Part shown: positions 9,341 through 18,801 of the stretch, piece after piece
Numbering within the stretch: position 1 is the first letter of the stretch
How the letters are laid out: each line of letters opens with the position of its first letter
Made by a program: the position numbers and the translations under genes
Assembly: GCA_032128375.1 (NCBI GenBank)
Contig: JAQBGU010000206.1
Location: 1 to 23,188 of the forward strand
Direction: 5' to 3'
Length of the DNA: 23,188 nucleotides
DNA from: Deltaproteobacteria bacterium
GTDB lineage: Bacteria; Myxococcota_A; UBA9160; SMWR01
Notes under the pieces: model-generated
What the model saw: only the letters and a program-made list of their open reading frames with translations
The model's database searches: none
Told to the model about the DNA's origin: nothing

Positions 9341-10338
9341 GTGACCTGTCAACACTGCGGCGCAGAGCCGCCGGCCAGCTCCACTTTCTGCAACGCATGC
9401 GGCGGACGACTCGAAGCAAGCTGCGGGGCCACTGCGCCGCCCGACTCTGCATTCTGCAACGGGTGTGGCGCGAATCTCGAATCCGACGTGCCCAAGCTTG
9501 TCGTCACGGATCGATCCCCTCGCGACTACACACCGAAGCATCTGGCCGACAAGATCCTCCAGTCGAAGTCGGTGCGCGAGGGTGAGCGCAAGCAAGTGAC
9601 CGTGATGTTCGCCGATATGAAGGGCTCGATGGAACTCTCCGAGCAACTCGACCCCGAAGAGTGGCACCGGATCCTCGAGCGCTTCTTCGAGATCCTGACC
9701 GAGGGGGTTCACCGCTTCGAAGGCACCGTCAACCAGTACACGGGCGACGGCATCATGGGGCTGTTCGGCGCGCCCATCGCGCACGAGGACCACCCGCTGC
9801 GCGCCTGCTACGCCGCACTTCACTTGCGCGAAGAGACGCTTCGCCATGCGACAGAGGTCAAGCGCGAGTATGGGCTGAGCTCCTCAGCACGGATGGGGAT
9901 TCACTCGGGTGAAGTCGTCGTGGGCAAGATCGGTGACGATCTGCGCATGGATTACACCGCACAGGGTCATACCGTAGGCCTGGCCCAAAGGATGGAATCG
10001 CTGGCATCACCGGATACCCTTTACCTCACCGGTAGCGCAGCCGGGCTCGTCACCGGATATTTCGAACTCGAAGACCTCGGCGAGTTCAACGTCAAAGGCG
10101 TGAGCGAGCCGGGCCGGTGCAGCGCCTGGTGGGGATCGGTCAAGCGCTAACGCGTTTCGACGTGTCGAGGGCGCGCGGTCTCACCAGCTTTGAGGAACTC
10201 AGCGAGCAAGCCGGATCGCGACGACGCGAGGGTTTGTTGCTCGACCCGCGCGATCAGCTCCGAGACGCACTGCAACTCCACAAAGGAATCGGCGGCACCG
10301 GGCAGGCCTCGCGGATTCGCCGCGAGACGAACGGTTGA
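9341..10338 (+). pseudogene. Double zinc-ribbon class III adenylate/guanylate cyclase, frameshifted and internally deleted
   Basis: CxxC repeats, then GERKQVTVMFADMKGS, YTGDGIMGLFGAP and VGLAQRMESLA. After KGVSEP the expected continuation VQRLVG..TRFDVSRARGLTSF lies in another frame (shift near 10116). The usual AAA/TPR region is absent. Confidence 0.8.
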
Positions 10339-10373
10339 GCCGAGCTCGGGATTCAGATGTTAGGCGGCGCAAT

Positions 10374-10391
10374 CCGGATTCGAGAATCCGG
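10374..10391. terminator. Hairpin between convergent genes
   Basis: CCGGATT-CGAG-AATCCGG has a perfect 7-bp stem but no clear U-tract. Confidence 0.35.
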
Positions 10392-10407
10392 GCGCGGCGC
10401 ACAGTTT

Positions 10408-10779
10408 TCACGCGGCTGAGCCCAGCAGCGTCAGGACGTTGCCGTCCGGATCGAGCAGATGTGCGAGCACCCCTCCCCACGGTTGTTTCTCGGGCGGCGC
10501 CTTGAACTCGACCCCGCGCTCGACGAGCGTCCGGTAGGTTTCGTCGATGTCCTCGACCTCCAGCGACACGCCGACGTAGCGACCGATCAGATCCTTCGCC
10601 TCGGGGTCAGCCGGGTCCAGACGCTCGATCGCGAGCTGCCCTTCGCCAGTCGCGAGCTGCGCCCAGCCCATCTCGGCGCTCTCGAACGTCGTCGCGATGC
10701 CGAGGGTCTTGGTATAAAAGTCGATCGCCCGCTGCCAATCGGTAACGAATACGCGCACGGCGTAGAGTCGGTACTCCAT
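10408..10779 (-). CDS. VOC/glyoxalase family protein
   Basis: ATG 10779 with GGAGG RBS: VRVFVTDWQRAIDFYTKTLG...VEDIDETYRTLVERGVEF...PWGG...DPDGNVLTL. Confidence 0.93.
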   Translation of the reverse strand: MEYRLYAVRVFVTDWQRAIDFYTKTLGIATTFESAEMGWAQLATGEGQLAIERLDPADPEAKDLIGRYVGVSLEVEDIDETYRTLVERGVEFKAPPEKQPWGGVLAHLLDPDGNVLTLLGSAA

Positions 10780-10998
10780 GCTGACCTCCGGAACGGTTGG
10801 GGCCAACAGGATAACACGGGAAGGCTTTTCTGATTCGAACTCCGCGGTCGCAGGTGTTCGAGTCCATTTCGGTAGACCGCGCGGATGGACTGTGCGATTG
10901 CGGAGCGACCAACGAAGCATTCGAACAGTTTGAGCGAGCGAGAGAGAGCGCCATCGAGCGGGACCGCCGCGTGCACCTGCACAAGAGAGTTTCAAGAC

Positions 10999-12230
10999 AT
11001 GGAACTGAGAGCGCTGACTCGAGCGGGCGAGCGCTTCGTGGAGATCGCCGAGCGCCACACTGATGCGTTCCGGACGCGCGCGCGCGATCATGACGAGTCT
11101 GGCAGATTTCCCACAGAGAATTTTTCCGATCTGAAAGCGAGTGGCTCGGTCGCGGCATTCATGCCGGAAGAGCTGGGGGGCCTCGGGCTCGACTCCGTGC
11201 ACGATTGGGCGGTCGGCCTCGAGCGGCTCGCGCGGGCAGACGCGTCGACGGCGATCGCGCTCAACATGCACCTCGCCATCAGCCGCACCATTGCATTGGG
11301 CTGGCGCGGCGCGATCGCGCGTGGAGACACGGCAGCCGCTTCGGGCAGTGAGGGCATGCTGCGCGCCATCGCGGCGGGCGACCTGATCGTTTGCTCGACC
11401 GCCACCGAGGCGGGAACAGACTTCTTTCGCCCGTTAACAACCGCCACGCCGACACCCGACGGCTTCACGATCGACGGCCGAAAAATCTTCGTGACTCTCT
11501 CCCCCGTCGCAAATCTTCTGGCGATGAACGTGCGCGTTGCAGCAGCCGAAGGCGACCAGATGGGCTTCGCGTTCATCACGATCGATGCGCCGGGCATCGA
11601 GCCGCAGGGCGATTGGGACGCACTCGGCATGCGCGCGTCGGGCAGCCAGTCGGTCGCTATTGGAGGCTGCAAAGTCGACGCAGGTTCCATCCAGATCGCC
11701 GGGCCATGGGGTCGTTGGACCGCGAGCCTGTTGATGGGACGCACGCTGGGCAACCTCACGCTCGTTGGCGCATTTCTCGGGATTGCGGAACGCGCGCGCG
11801 AGCTGGCCGTGCATACGGCGCGGACGCAGACCAAGCCGAAGTTCGACAGTGCCATCGCGCAGGCCGCGGGCGTCCCGCATTTGCTCGGTGAAATCGACAT
11901 CGACCTTGCGGCTGCACGTGGTGTACTCGGTCGAAGCGCGGCGGAACTCGACGCCGTGATCGAAGCGCACGGCGCTGCCCCGATCTCGCTCGAACTCGCA
12001 CACGCGTGCATGCGCGACTACCAGTGCGCAAAATGGACGGTGAATCAGAACGCGATACAGATCGTGTCTCGCGCGATGGATGTTTGCGGCGGAACTGCCT
12101 TCATGAGCGGCCACCAGTTGTCGCGCCTGTATCGCGACGTTCGCGCGGGCCCGTTCATGCAGCCGTTCTCGCCCACAGAGCGCGCGAATACGTCGGGCGC
12201 ATCGCGGTGGGCGCTGATCCCGACGGCTAG
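10999..12230 (+). CDS. Acyl-CoA dehydrogenase/flavin-dependent monooxygenase family protein with a 1-bp frameshift near the 3' end
   Basis: PEELGGLG, LARADASTAIALNMH, IDGRKIFVT, WDALGMRASGS, LSRLYRDVRAG. Adding one G at about 12180 gives PFSPTEAREYVGRIAVGADPDG with TAG at 12228-12230, which removes the 146-bp overlap with the convergent gene. Confidence 0.88.
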
Positions 12231-12331
12231 CGCGGTCGCTGTCGAAGCCGAGGGGTTGCAGAGGGGCGAGGTCCGAGTCACGCGAGACCGCTGCGACACT
12301 GTGAGATGTCGATCCCCACTCGAAACAGCGG

Positions 12332-13798
12332 TTACGGGCGCTCTCCGGGCTGCCAGAAGGCGTGGGTCCCGCTCGACATCCGCTCGGGCAACGAGATACG
12401 CGCGATCGGCTCGTCGTTTGGCGAAGCTGCGTTCAACACCAGGCACTCCGAGCGATCCCGGTTCGTGTCCATCGTGAATGTGACGAGATAGCCGTCGTCT
12501 TCGGCCGTCGCGCCAACGCGCGGCGCCATTGCGGTCTCGCTCGCATACACACCTGCGGGAAGCTTCACGACCTCTTCGGTGCCTTTTTCGCGATCCAGCT
12601 TGATGATCCCCTCGAAGCCGAACCAGCCCTTCGCGGGCAACGCATTGTACGCGTAGCGATACCGCCGGCCTGCGTACTGGCCGTTGATCATGCCGAACTC
12701 CTGGATCCGATCGCTGAACGGCTCTTCACTGCACGCGCCGGTCTTCAGGTTGAAGCGCCACCGATGCGCGCGGGCGCCCATCGAATGCAGGTCGAGGTAG
12801 CGGAACAGATTCTGACTGGCGCTGAACTCCGGCAGGATTTCTGGCGAAGGCGTCGATTGGAAGAATCCATCGAGCACCACTTCGTCCCCGTCTTCGAATG
12901 CATTGGTCCAGTGGAGTACGTACGTCGGCTCGGCCTCGAACCAACGGACATCTTCGGTCGCTCCCCTTCGCGGAAAAACGCCGAAGCGCGTGGCAAGTTC
13001 GGGGAAGAAGCGCGTCCTATACTGGCCCGCACGCATCGCATCCGGATCCCAGAACATCGGGCAGTCGTTCAGGATCGCGAAGTTCTCGGTGAATGCCATG
13101 TCGTGGGGCAGACGTGGGCCGGGCAAGGGGACGTCGATGTAGTGAGCGAGTTTTCCCCGTGCATCGACGACGCCATAGTGCATGTACGGCGCCTCGGTGC
13201 CGTAATTGAAAAACAGCATCTCGCCGGTGTTCGCGTCGATCTTGGGGTGGGCCGATATGCCTTCGCGCGGAAACTCGCCGCAGAACTCCTCCTTGCCGAG
13301 AGCCTCCAGCGTCCACGGGTCGAAGCGATAGAGATCGCCGCACAGCCAGAAGCTCGAGAGCGCGACACCGTTGTGAACCACGACGTCGGTGCTCGAGGCG
13401 TCCTTCATTCGCGGCCGCGCACCCCAACCGTCTTCGCGCCTGGCCAGCTTCGGGTTTTCTGCGATGCCCGCCCAGAGGTGTTTCCCCGCTTCGCGCTCGG
13501 CCACGAAACCATCGGTCCGCACGAAGCGGTTGTGGTACTTCGCTTCGCCACCGGCAAACGCGATCGTGTGGAGCATGCCGTCGCCATCGAACGGGTGGTA
13601 GCGCTCAATGGCGGGCAGCAGCGGATTCTCGGTGTTGCGGAGGTACACACCACAAAGGTCACTCGGGATCTCTCCCACGACATCGAGGTCCCACGCATCG
13701 TACTCAGTGGTCTGCGGACGCCACACGCCGGTGCGATACGGATGGTCGTCATCGGCCGGGAGGCCGGATTCGAAGCGTTCGTGGATTTGGATCTTCAC
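12332..13798 (-). CDS. Carotenoid oxygenase (RPE65/CCD/lignostilbene dioxygenase family)
   Basis: GEIPSDLCGVYLRN and HPFDGDGMLH, with four Fe-binding His in SAHPKID, LPHDMAFTEN, VLHWTNA and GTHAFW. Also SETAMAPR...EDDGY. Confidence 0.95.
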   Translation of the reverse strand: MKIQIHERFESGLPADDDHPYRTGVWRPQTTEYDAWDLDVVGEIPSDLCGVYLRNTENPLLPAIERYHPFDGDGMLHTIAFAGGEAKYHNRFVRTDGFVAEREAGKHLWAGIAENPKLARREDGWGARPRMKDASSTDVVVHNGVALSSFWLCGDLYRFDPWTLEALGKEEFCGEFPREGISAHPKIDANTGEMLFFNYGTEAPYMHYGVVDARGKLAHYIDVPLPGPRLPHDMAFTENFAILNDCPMFWDPDAMRAGQYRTRFFPELATRFGVFPRRGATEDVRWFEAEPTYVLHWTNAFEDGDEVVLDGFFQSTPSPEILPEFSASQNLFRYLDLHSMGARAHRWRFNLKTGACSEEPFSDRIQEFGMINGQYAGRRYRYAYNALPAKGWFGFEGIIKLDREKGTEEVVKLPAGVYASETAMAPRVGATAEDDGYLVTFTMDTNRDRSECLVLNAASPNDEPIARISLPERMSSGTHAFWQPGERP

Positions 13799-13802
13799 CG
13801 AA

Positions 13803-14783
13803 CTACTTCACAGCCGTCTTCTGGAGCTTGCCAAAGAGATCCTCGAGCTGAGACGCCAGCACGCGGCTGCCGATCGTTCGTTTGGTTCCCCCACCGAAGC
13901 CGGTCACCTGATCCGTGGACGTGCGGTTGACGTAGATGACGAGGGTGCCCTCACCCACGGGAAACAGACCCGCGAGCGCCTGCTCGACGTTGTAGCTGCC
14001 GCTCACGTAGAACTGGCGCTGGCACGCGATGAACGCGTCGCCTGCGGTCATCATGAAAGCGTGAGTCAGAACGAAGACCCGCTCGCCGTGGGCTTCGTAG
14101 TCTTGCCAGGAAAAGTTCTCGGTGACGTCCGCCTTCCCACTCGGGTAGCCGGTCAGCACCTCGAAGAAGCTGGGAGCGAGTTTCTTCAACCCGGCTGCCG
14201 CTTCGCTGGCGGCCTTCAGGTCTCCCGCCGCGGGCGTCTGCTTGCCGCCGCTGCGTTCGTAGGGGGCGATTGCGTCGAGACCCTGAGCGCGATAGGCGGC
14301 GTAGCGCGCGAGCAGGCTCTTGCGCACCTGTTGTTCGACTTGTGATGCGGGCTGGCCGGAGAGTGCCTGGAAGGCTTCGATCTCGGCCGCAGAGAGATTC
14401 AGATCCTCTCCTGGCTTCGCGTTCGAGTACGCCTTGCGCTGGTCCGGCGAAATCTCGAGCGAAGCGAGTTGGGCGAGGTTGCCCTCGCCATCGAATGCGC
14501 CGTGATGCTTCGAGTTGGGGTCTGTCGCGAGCAGCAACCCGCCGCGTAATTCCTCCATCAGTTTCGCGGGCGGCACCTTGACGAGAAAGGCCAGCGCGAC
14601 CGTCAGCTCGCGATCGGTCGTCGGCTTCGTGGTCGTCGTGACCAGTGTGCCGGCGAGCACCTGCTGTTCGGTGTCCGCCGGGAATCCCAATGCTGCGAGA
14701 ACGTCCTTTGCATAAATCGTTTGTCCGGCCGCGGGCAGCGCGATCCCGAGCAACGCGATTGCAATAGCGATCGAACGCAACAT
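13803..14783 (-). CDS. Secreted hypothetical protein
   Basis: ATG 14783 with GGAG upstream. Signal peptide MLRSIAIAIALLGIALPAAG. Protein-like composition over about 326 aa. Its stop lies 4 bp before the oxygenase start. Confidence 0.8.
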   Translation of the reverse strand: MLRSIAIAIALLGIALPAAGQTIYAKDVLAALGFPADTEQQVLAGTLVTTTTKPTTDRELTVALAFLVKVPPAKLMEELRGGLLLATDPNSKHHGAFDGEGNLAQLASLEISPDQRKAYSNAKPGEDLNLSAAEIEAFQALSGQPASQVEQQVRKSLLARYAAYRAQGLDAIAPYERSGGKQTPAAGDLKAASEAAAGLKKLAPSFFEVLTGYPSGKADVTENFSWQDYEAHGERVFVLTHAFMMTAGDAFIACQRQFYVSGSYNVEQALAGLFPVGEGTLVIYVNRTSTDQVTGFGGGTKRTIGSRVLASQLEDLFGKLQKTAVK

Positions 14784-15150
14784 GATGATCTCCGTTTCAT
14801 GGTCGAAGAAAAGTGAATCCTGCATGACGCCGCCAATCGGGCGAGCGTCGATTCCCCGAGACCCAATCTTTCTTGGCGAAGAACTGCGTCAACACCTTCG
14901 CGACGGCGGTGGGCGCCCGGCTCCCCGTCATCCCGTAGAATCCCCGGTACGAAAAGTCAACGCGAAGCATACCCGGAGGCACCCCAGATTCCAGTCATGA
15001 GACAAAATGGAATCGTCGTGGTGCGCAATGAGGGTGATTGCCTCGGCGGCCGGTTCCCGATCGAGCCCGTCCTCGATTTCGTCGTGCGCGGGTTCGCGCG
15101 GCCGTCCAATTCCAGCGGCTTGAGCGCGATCTCGTTGGAGTCAGTGATGA

Positions 15151-16230
15151 CTATTTCGCTGCCAAGCGGTCGAGGATCTCCTGTGCGGTCGAGCGGACTG
15201 TGGGGTCGGCGTCGCGTGCCGCAGTCTCGAAATAGGGAAGCGCTCCTTCGCCCCCGATGTCGCGAATCTGCCTCAGGCTCTCGAGGCGGATCTCGGGGTC
15301 GGTGTCCGTCAGCCCTTCGATCACCAAGGCCCGCGCGCGCTCGGTCTCCACCGGATCGCCGATCTTGCGCATGGCGCGGCCGGCCGCGATCGTGACGCCG
15401 GTATCGCGCGCCCCTATCAGACCAGAGATCTCCTCGTGAGCGGTCTGGTAGCGGAGATCTCCGAGACCCATGAGCGCCTGCTCCACGACCTTGTCGCTCG
15501 GATCTCCGAGCATGGACACGAGCAGGTCACCGCTCAGCTCCTTTGGCAGCTCGCTCAGAGCGCGCGCCACCTGCCTGCGCACGCCGTCGTCCGGATCGTT
15601 GGTCAGTTCGGCCAGGGCGTTTTGGACCTCATCGCTGTCGACGGTCGACAGCGCCCTGACGGCCCGGCGCCGCAAGTTGTGATCGTCCGAGGCGACCGCG
15701 TTCTGGAGGGTGGCGAGGGCCTCCACATCGCCCAAGCGCGCGGCGGCCGCCAGGGTCTGGAGCGCTTCTTTCTGTACCTCTGCGTCATCGCTCGAAAGGT
15801 TCTCCTCCAATGCGCCCCGCGCGTTGTCGATGACGGCCTGTGACTCGAGGTCTGCAGCCATCGAGGTGAACAGCTCGGCCATCGTCGGACAAACGAGCGC
15901 AGCCGTCTCGAGCGGGTCGGGGCCGTCGATGCTCGAAGCCGGCGCGGCGAGCACCGGGTCAGCTGCGGGCGCCGGTTCTGCAGTGTCATGCGGAACGAGT
16001 GGCGACGGCTCTGGACAGGAGGCTGCGTACTTCAGACCTTCCGGTTCATCGTTCGGTATCGCCCGCGGCGTGTCTTCGGCGTGCGCAGGACCGCCGGGCT
16101 CTACCAGTAGCCCGATCAGTGACACCCACCCCGCCCCGAGGGCGGCCATGGCCAGCACGCACAGCCACATCGCACGTCGGGATGCATTCCTGCGAGATCT
16201 TCGCGAGCGGCGCCTCGGGCGTCTCCTCAT
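15151..16230 (-). CDS. Membrane-anchored HEAT-repeat protein
   Basis: Arg-rich N-terminus, TM helix, Pro/Ala linker, then repeats DDHNLRRRAVRALS, DPDDGVRRQVARALS, DPSDKVVEQALMGLG, DTDPEIRLESL, DADPTVRSTAQEIL. Start uncertain (ATG 16230 or TTG 16314). Confidence 0.85.
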   Translation of the reverse strand: MRRRPRRRSRRSRRNASRRAMWLCVLAMAALGAGWVSLIGLLVEPGGPAHAEDTPRAIPNDEPEGLKYAASCPEPSPLVPHDTAEPAPAADPVLAAPASSIDGPDPLETAALVCPTMAELFTSMAADLESQAVIDNARGALEENLSSDDAEVQKEALQTLAAAARLGDVEALATLQNAVASDDHNLRRRAVRALSTVDSDEVQNALAELTNDPDDGVRRQVARALSELPKELSGDLLVSMLGDPSDKVVEQALMGLGDLRYQTAHEEISGLIGARDTGVTIAAGRAMRKIGDPVETERARALVIEGLTDTDPEIRLESLRQIRDIGGEGALPYFETAARDADPTVRSTAQEILDRLAAK

Positions 16231-16360
16231 CGCGTGTGGACACTCCGCTTGTTGTATCGGCTCGTGTGGTGGAACCTTCTCGATACCCGATCGCCAGGCC
16301 GCACTTTCCCTCAACGGCGCTGGCAGGGGTGCGCTGGCGCTCTTGCGAGTAACCCTTGCC

Positions 16361-16408
16361 GCAATCTCAGCAGCAATCTCAGCGGCGATCTCAGCGGCAA
16401 TCTCTGCA
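16361..16408. repeat. 12-bp tandem repeat, 4 copies
   Basis: GCAATCTCAGCA, GCAATCTCAGCG, GCGATCTCAGCG, GCAATCTCTGCA. Confidence 0.9.
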
Positions 16409-16416
16409 GCAGGCGT

Positions 16417-16432
16417 TGCAGCAATCGTGCCA
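16417..16432 (-). promoter_or_regulatory. Sigma54 -24/-12 promoter candidate for the HEAT-repeat gene
   Basis: Minus strand reads TGGCACGATTGCTGCA: perfect -24 box, GG-N10-GC spacing, CTGC instead of TTGC, oriented toward the gene. Confidence 0.7.
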
Positions 16433-16764
16433 TCGCTCAGTCTTGATTTCGCCTGGGCTTTTGGCTGCGAGACTCATCTAGAGACGGTCACACGCAGCAA
16501 TCGAATCCGCCGTGGGACACCATGCCGCACTCGTCCCATTGCGAACGCGTGATCTGACCAGCTCACAGGGGGACCTCCCCCACCAGCCGATGGAAACCGA
16601 GCCGCCGGGAGATGCCGAACCGGCCGCCGTGGGCATCAGGGATGCGTCGAGTGGTCGTCTCTCGAAGAGCAGGACTGGCGCAGTGGGCGCGCTTCCACCG
16701 TCACCCATCGCCCGTTCAACGAGAATCTCGAAACACTGGGCGGCCTTGCCAACAGCGAGCGGCT

Positions 16765-17640
16765 TCAGCCGATGCGGGTCGTCTCGGCTGGTTCATCGAT
16801 CACCGCGTTCTCGATCTCGCCAATTCCCTCGATCGAAATCCGTACGACATCGCCGGCGGCCAGGAACTTTCGCGGATTGAAGCCGATGCCGACCCCCGAG
16901 GGCGTGCCTGTTGGGATCACATCCCCCGGCTCGAGCGTAAAGGCGGTGGATAGATGCTCGACGAGCGTGTAGCAGTCGAAGATCAGATGTTGGGTATTCG
17001 AGTGTTGTCGGAGCTCACCGTTGACCCAGGTCTTGAGTTCGAGACAATGGGGGTCCGGGAGTTCGTCCGGCGTAACGATCCACGGTCCCATCGGGCAGTG
17101 GGTGTCGAACGATTTTCCCATCGTCATGGTCGGAACCCGGAACTGCCAGTCTCGCACTGTGGCGTCGTTGATGATCGTAAAACCGGCAATCACTTCGCGA
17201 GCGCGCTCCTTCGGCACGTGACGGCAAGGCTTGCCGATCACCACGCCGAGTTCGCCCTCGTAGTCGAGCTTGTCCGAGACCCGAGGAAGATGGATCGGGT
17301 CGCCCGGCGGATGCGCCGAGGTCGATTGCTTGTTGAAGATCATCGGGAATTTCGGCGTCTCCATGCCCGTCTCAGCGATGTGGTCGGCGTAGTTGAGGCC
17401 CACCGCCAGGATCTTCGGCGGCCGCAAGATGGGCGCCTCCAGGTGGACCTCATCGAGGGCCAGCGTCGTAGCCTTGGCTGCGGCGGCGCGAACCGCCTCG
17501 AGCCCAGCGTCCCCCAAGCCCAGTAAGGCGGTCATTTCGATCGGTAGATCTGGGGCGGCCGCCGAAAGGTCGACGATGTCCTTGCCGACGACTACACCGA
17601 TTCGCGTGGATCTATCGTGGGTGAACGTGACGAGCTTCAT
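16765..17640 (-). CDS. Fumarylacetoacetate hydrolase family protein
   Basis: KILAVGLNYADH, LDYEGELGVVIGK, INDATVRDWQ, GKSFDTHCPMGP, LEPGDVIPTGTPSGVG. AGGAG RBS. Confidence 0.96.
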   Translation of the reverse strand: MKLVTFTHDRSTRIGVVVGKDIVDLSAAAPDLPIEMTALLGLGDAGLEAVRAAAAKATTLALDEVHLEAPILRPPKILAVGLNYADHIAETGMETPKFPMIFNKQSTSAHPPGDPIHLPRVSDKLDYEGELGVVIGKPCRHVPKERAREVIAGFTIINDATVRDWQFRVPTMTMGKSFDTHCPMGPWIVTPDELPDPHCLELKTWVNGELRQHSNTQHLIFDCYTLVEHLSTAFTLEPGDVIPTGTPSGVGIGFNPRKFLAAGDVVRISIEGIGEIENAVIDEPAETTRIG

Positions 17641-17682
17641 GTGGGCTCTCCTGCGCTGGGTTGCATGCTGGCTGCATGGGTC

Positions 17683-18087
17683 TCATTCGGTGGGTAAGCC
17701 CGCGGCGCGCCACCCCGACATGTCACCATCCATGTGTCGGATCGATGTGAAATCCTGCGCTCCCAGTACCGCCGCCGCTTTCGCAGCGCGGCCGCCCCGC
17801 TCGCAATAGACGATGACCCCTGTGTCGCGATGCGACGCGATCTCTCCGATGCGCGATGCAAGCTGATCGTGCGGAATATTGACTGAGCCCCGTATGTGGC
17901 CACCGCGAAACTCCTCAGTGGATCGCACATCGAGAAGGAGTGGCGCCTCCGCTTGACCGATCCAGGCAGCGACTTGCTCGCTGCCGACGTCACTCACTTC
18001 TGTCTCGTCCGCACACGCGGGTACGAAGGAGAGGACGAATACCAGAAGCGCAGTGGCCGCCGCATGTCCGAGTATCACGAGGTTCAT
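17683..18087 (-). CDS. Exported single-domain rhodanese (PspE-like)
   Basis: LLDVRSTEEFRGGHIRGSVNIP, VIVYCERGGRA (catalytic Cys), MDGDMSGWRAAGLP. Hydrophobic N-terminus. Start at 18087 or 18129. Confidence 0.9.
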   Translation of the reverse strand: MNLVILGHAAATALLVFVLSFVPACADETEVSDVGSEQVAAWIGQAEAPLLLDVRSTEEFRGGHIRGSVNIPHDQLASRIGEIASHRDTGVIVYCERGGRAAKAAAVLGAQDFTSIRHMDGDMSGWRAAGLPTE

Positions 18088-18135
18088 CCGTTTCAATGCA
18101 TCGCTCCGTCCATCCCAATAATCCGACAACTGCGA

Positions 18136-18438
18136 TCACCGGAGGGGCCGGGGCTGGCCCTCGACCTCGAGCTGGAGCCGACGGATGCACGCGCTCACGT
18201 CTCGCAAGGTGTCGATCATCTCCTCCATGACTTCCGACCTCGCTTCGAGGCGGTCGTGCAATTTTTCCAGTGCCCGCAACCGCTCCTCGATGGCATCCCG
18301 TTCGACCTGAAGGCTCGCGATCTGTTCCTGTGCAGATCGGTAGCGTTGTTCGCTCTCGTCGAAGCGTGAGCGGCTGACGCAGCTCGCTGAGAGCAAAGCA
18401 ATGCACGCAACAGACACGGCCCAGCGGATCGTCATCAT
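18136..18438 (-). CDS. Small coiled-coil putative lipoprotein
   Basis: GGAGGT RBS, hydrophobic leader ending LLSASC (imperfect lipobox), then a heptad-like helix. Confidence 0.6.
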   Translation of the reverse strand: MMTIRWAVSVACIALLSASCVSRSRFDESEQRYRSAQEQIASLQVERDAIEERLRALEKLHDRLEARSEVMEEMIDTLRDVSACIRRLQLEVEGQPRPLR

Positions 18439-18439
18439 C

Positions 18440-18459
18440 TACCTCCCATTACCTCCCAT
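18440..18459. repeat. 10-bp tandem duplication containing the RBS
   Basis: TACCTCCCAT twice, which reads ATGGGAGGTA twice on the minus strand. Confidence 0.85.
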
Positions 18460-18608
18460 CGGTCAGGCGATGATAGTTCCGGGCTGTCGAATCTGGAGGG
18501 TCTATTTCCGACGCTCTCGGATTTGGGCGCGACATCGTCATGCCGAACGAGGTCTGGGCCAGACATCAGCATGCCACCAGGTGACCCTACCCGGCACCCG
18601 GCCGCGTA

Positions 18609-18646
18609 TCGGACCTTCGGCTCGGACCTTCGGCTCGGACCTTCGG
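18609..18646. repeat. 13-bp tandem repeat, about 3 copies
   Basis: TCGGACCTTCGGC TCGGACCTTCGGC TCGGACCTTCGG. Confidence 0.9.
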
Positions 18647-18771
18647 AGAGGCCTGCGCACCGATCTCCGCCGTTCGGCGTTGGGCGGCTCGTCGCTCGTG
18701 TTGCTGATCGCAGCACTCGTAGCTTTCGCTGCGGGCGCTCTCCAAAGAAAATTGATATCGGCAAGTTTACC

Positions 18772-18801
18772 GTGGAGGCGGCGGAAATCGAACCCGCGTC
18801 C
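18772..18801 (-). mobile_element. Orphan 3' fragment of tmRNA (ssrA), probable att-site remnant
   Basis: Minus strand GGACGCGGGTTCGATTTCCGCCGCCTCCAC matches the tmRNA T-arm and acceptor 3' strand. No CCA end, and no 5' GGGGGCG...GAC half was found upstream or downstream. Confidence 0.75.

Noticed and set aside
10842..10891. tRNA T-arm-like GGTCGCAGGTGTTCGAGTCC and an AGTCCAT/ATGGACT dyad
   Set aside because: The T-stem does not pair and no cloverleaf or acceptor stem can be built.
14830..15150. Intergenic region with a minus-strand TTGACT and a GACGG/CCGTC stem
   Set aside because: No convincing -10 box at the correct spacing and no recognisable riboswitch.
16361..18646. Short repeats considered as a CRISPR array
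   Set aside because: Units are 10-13 bp, directly tandem, with no spacers and no cas genes.
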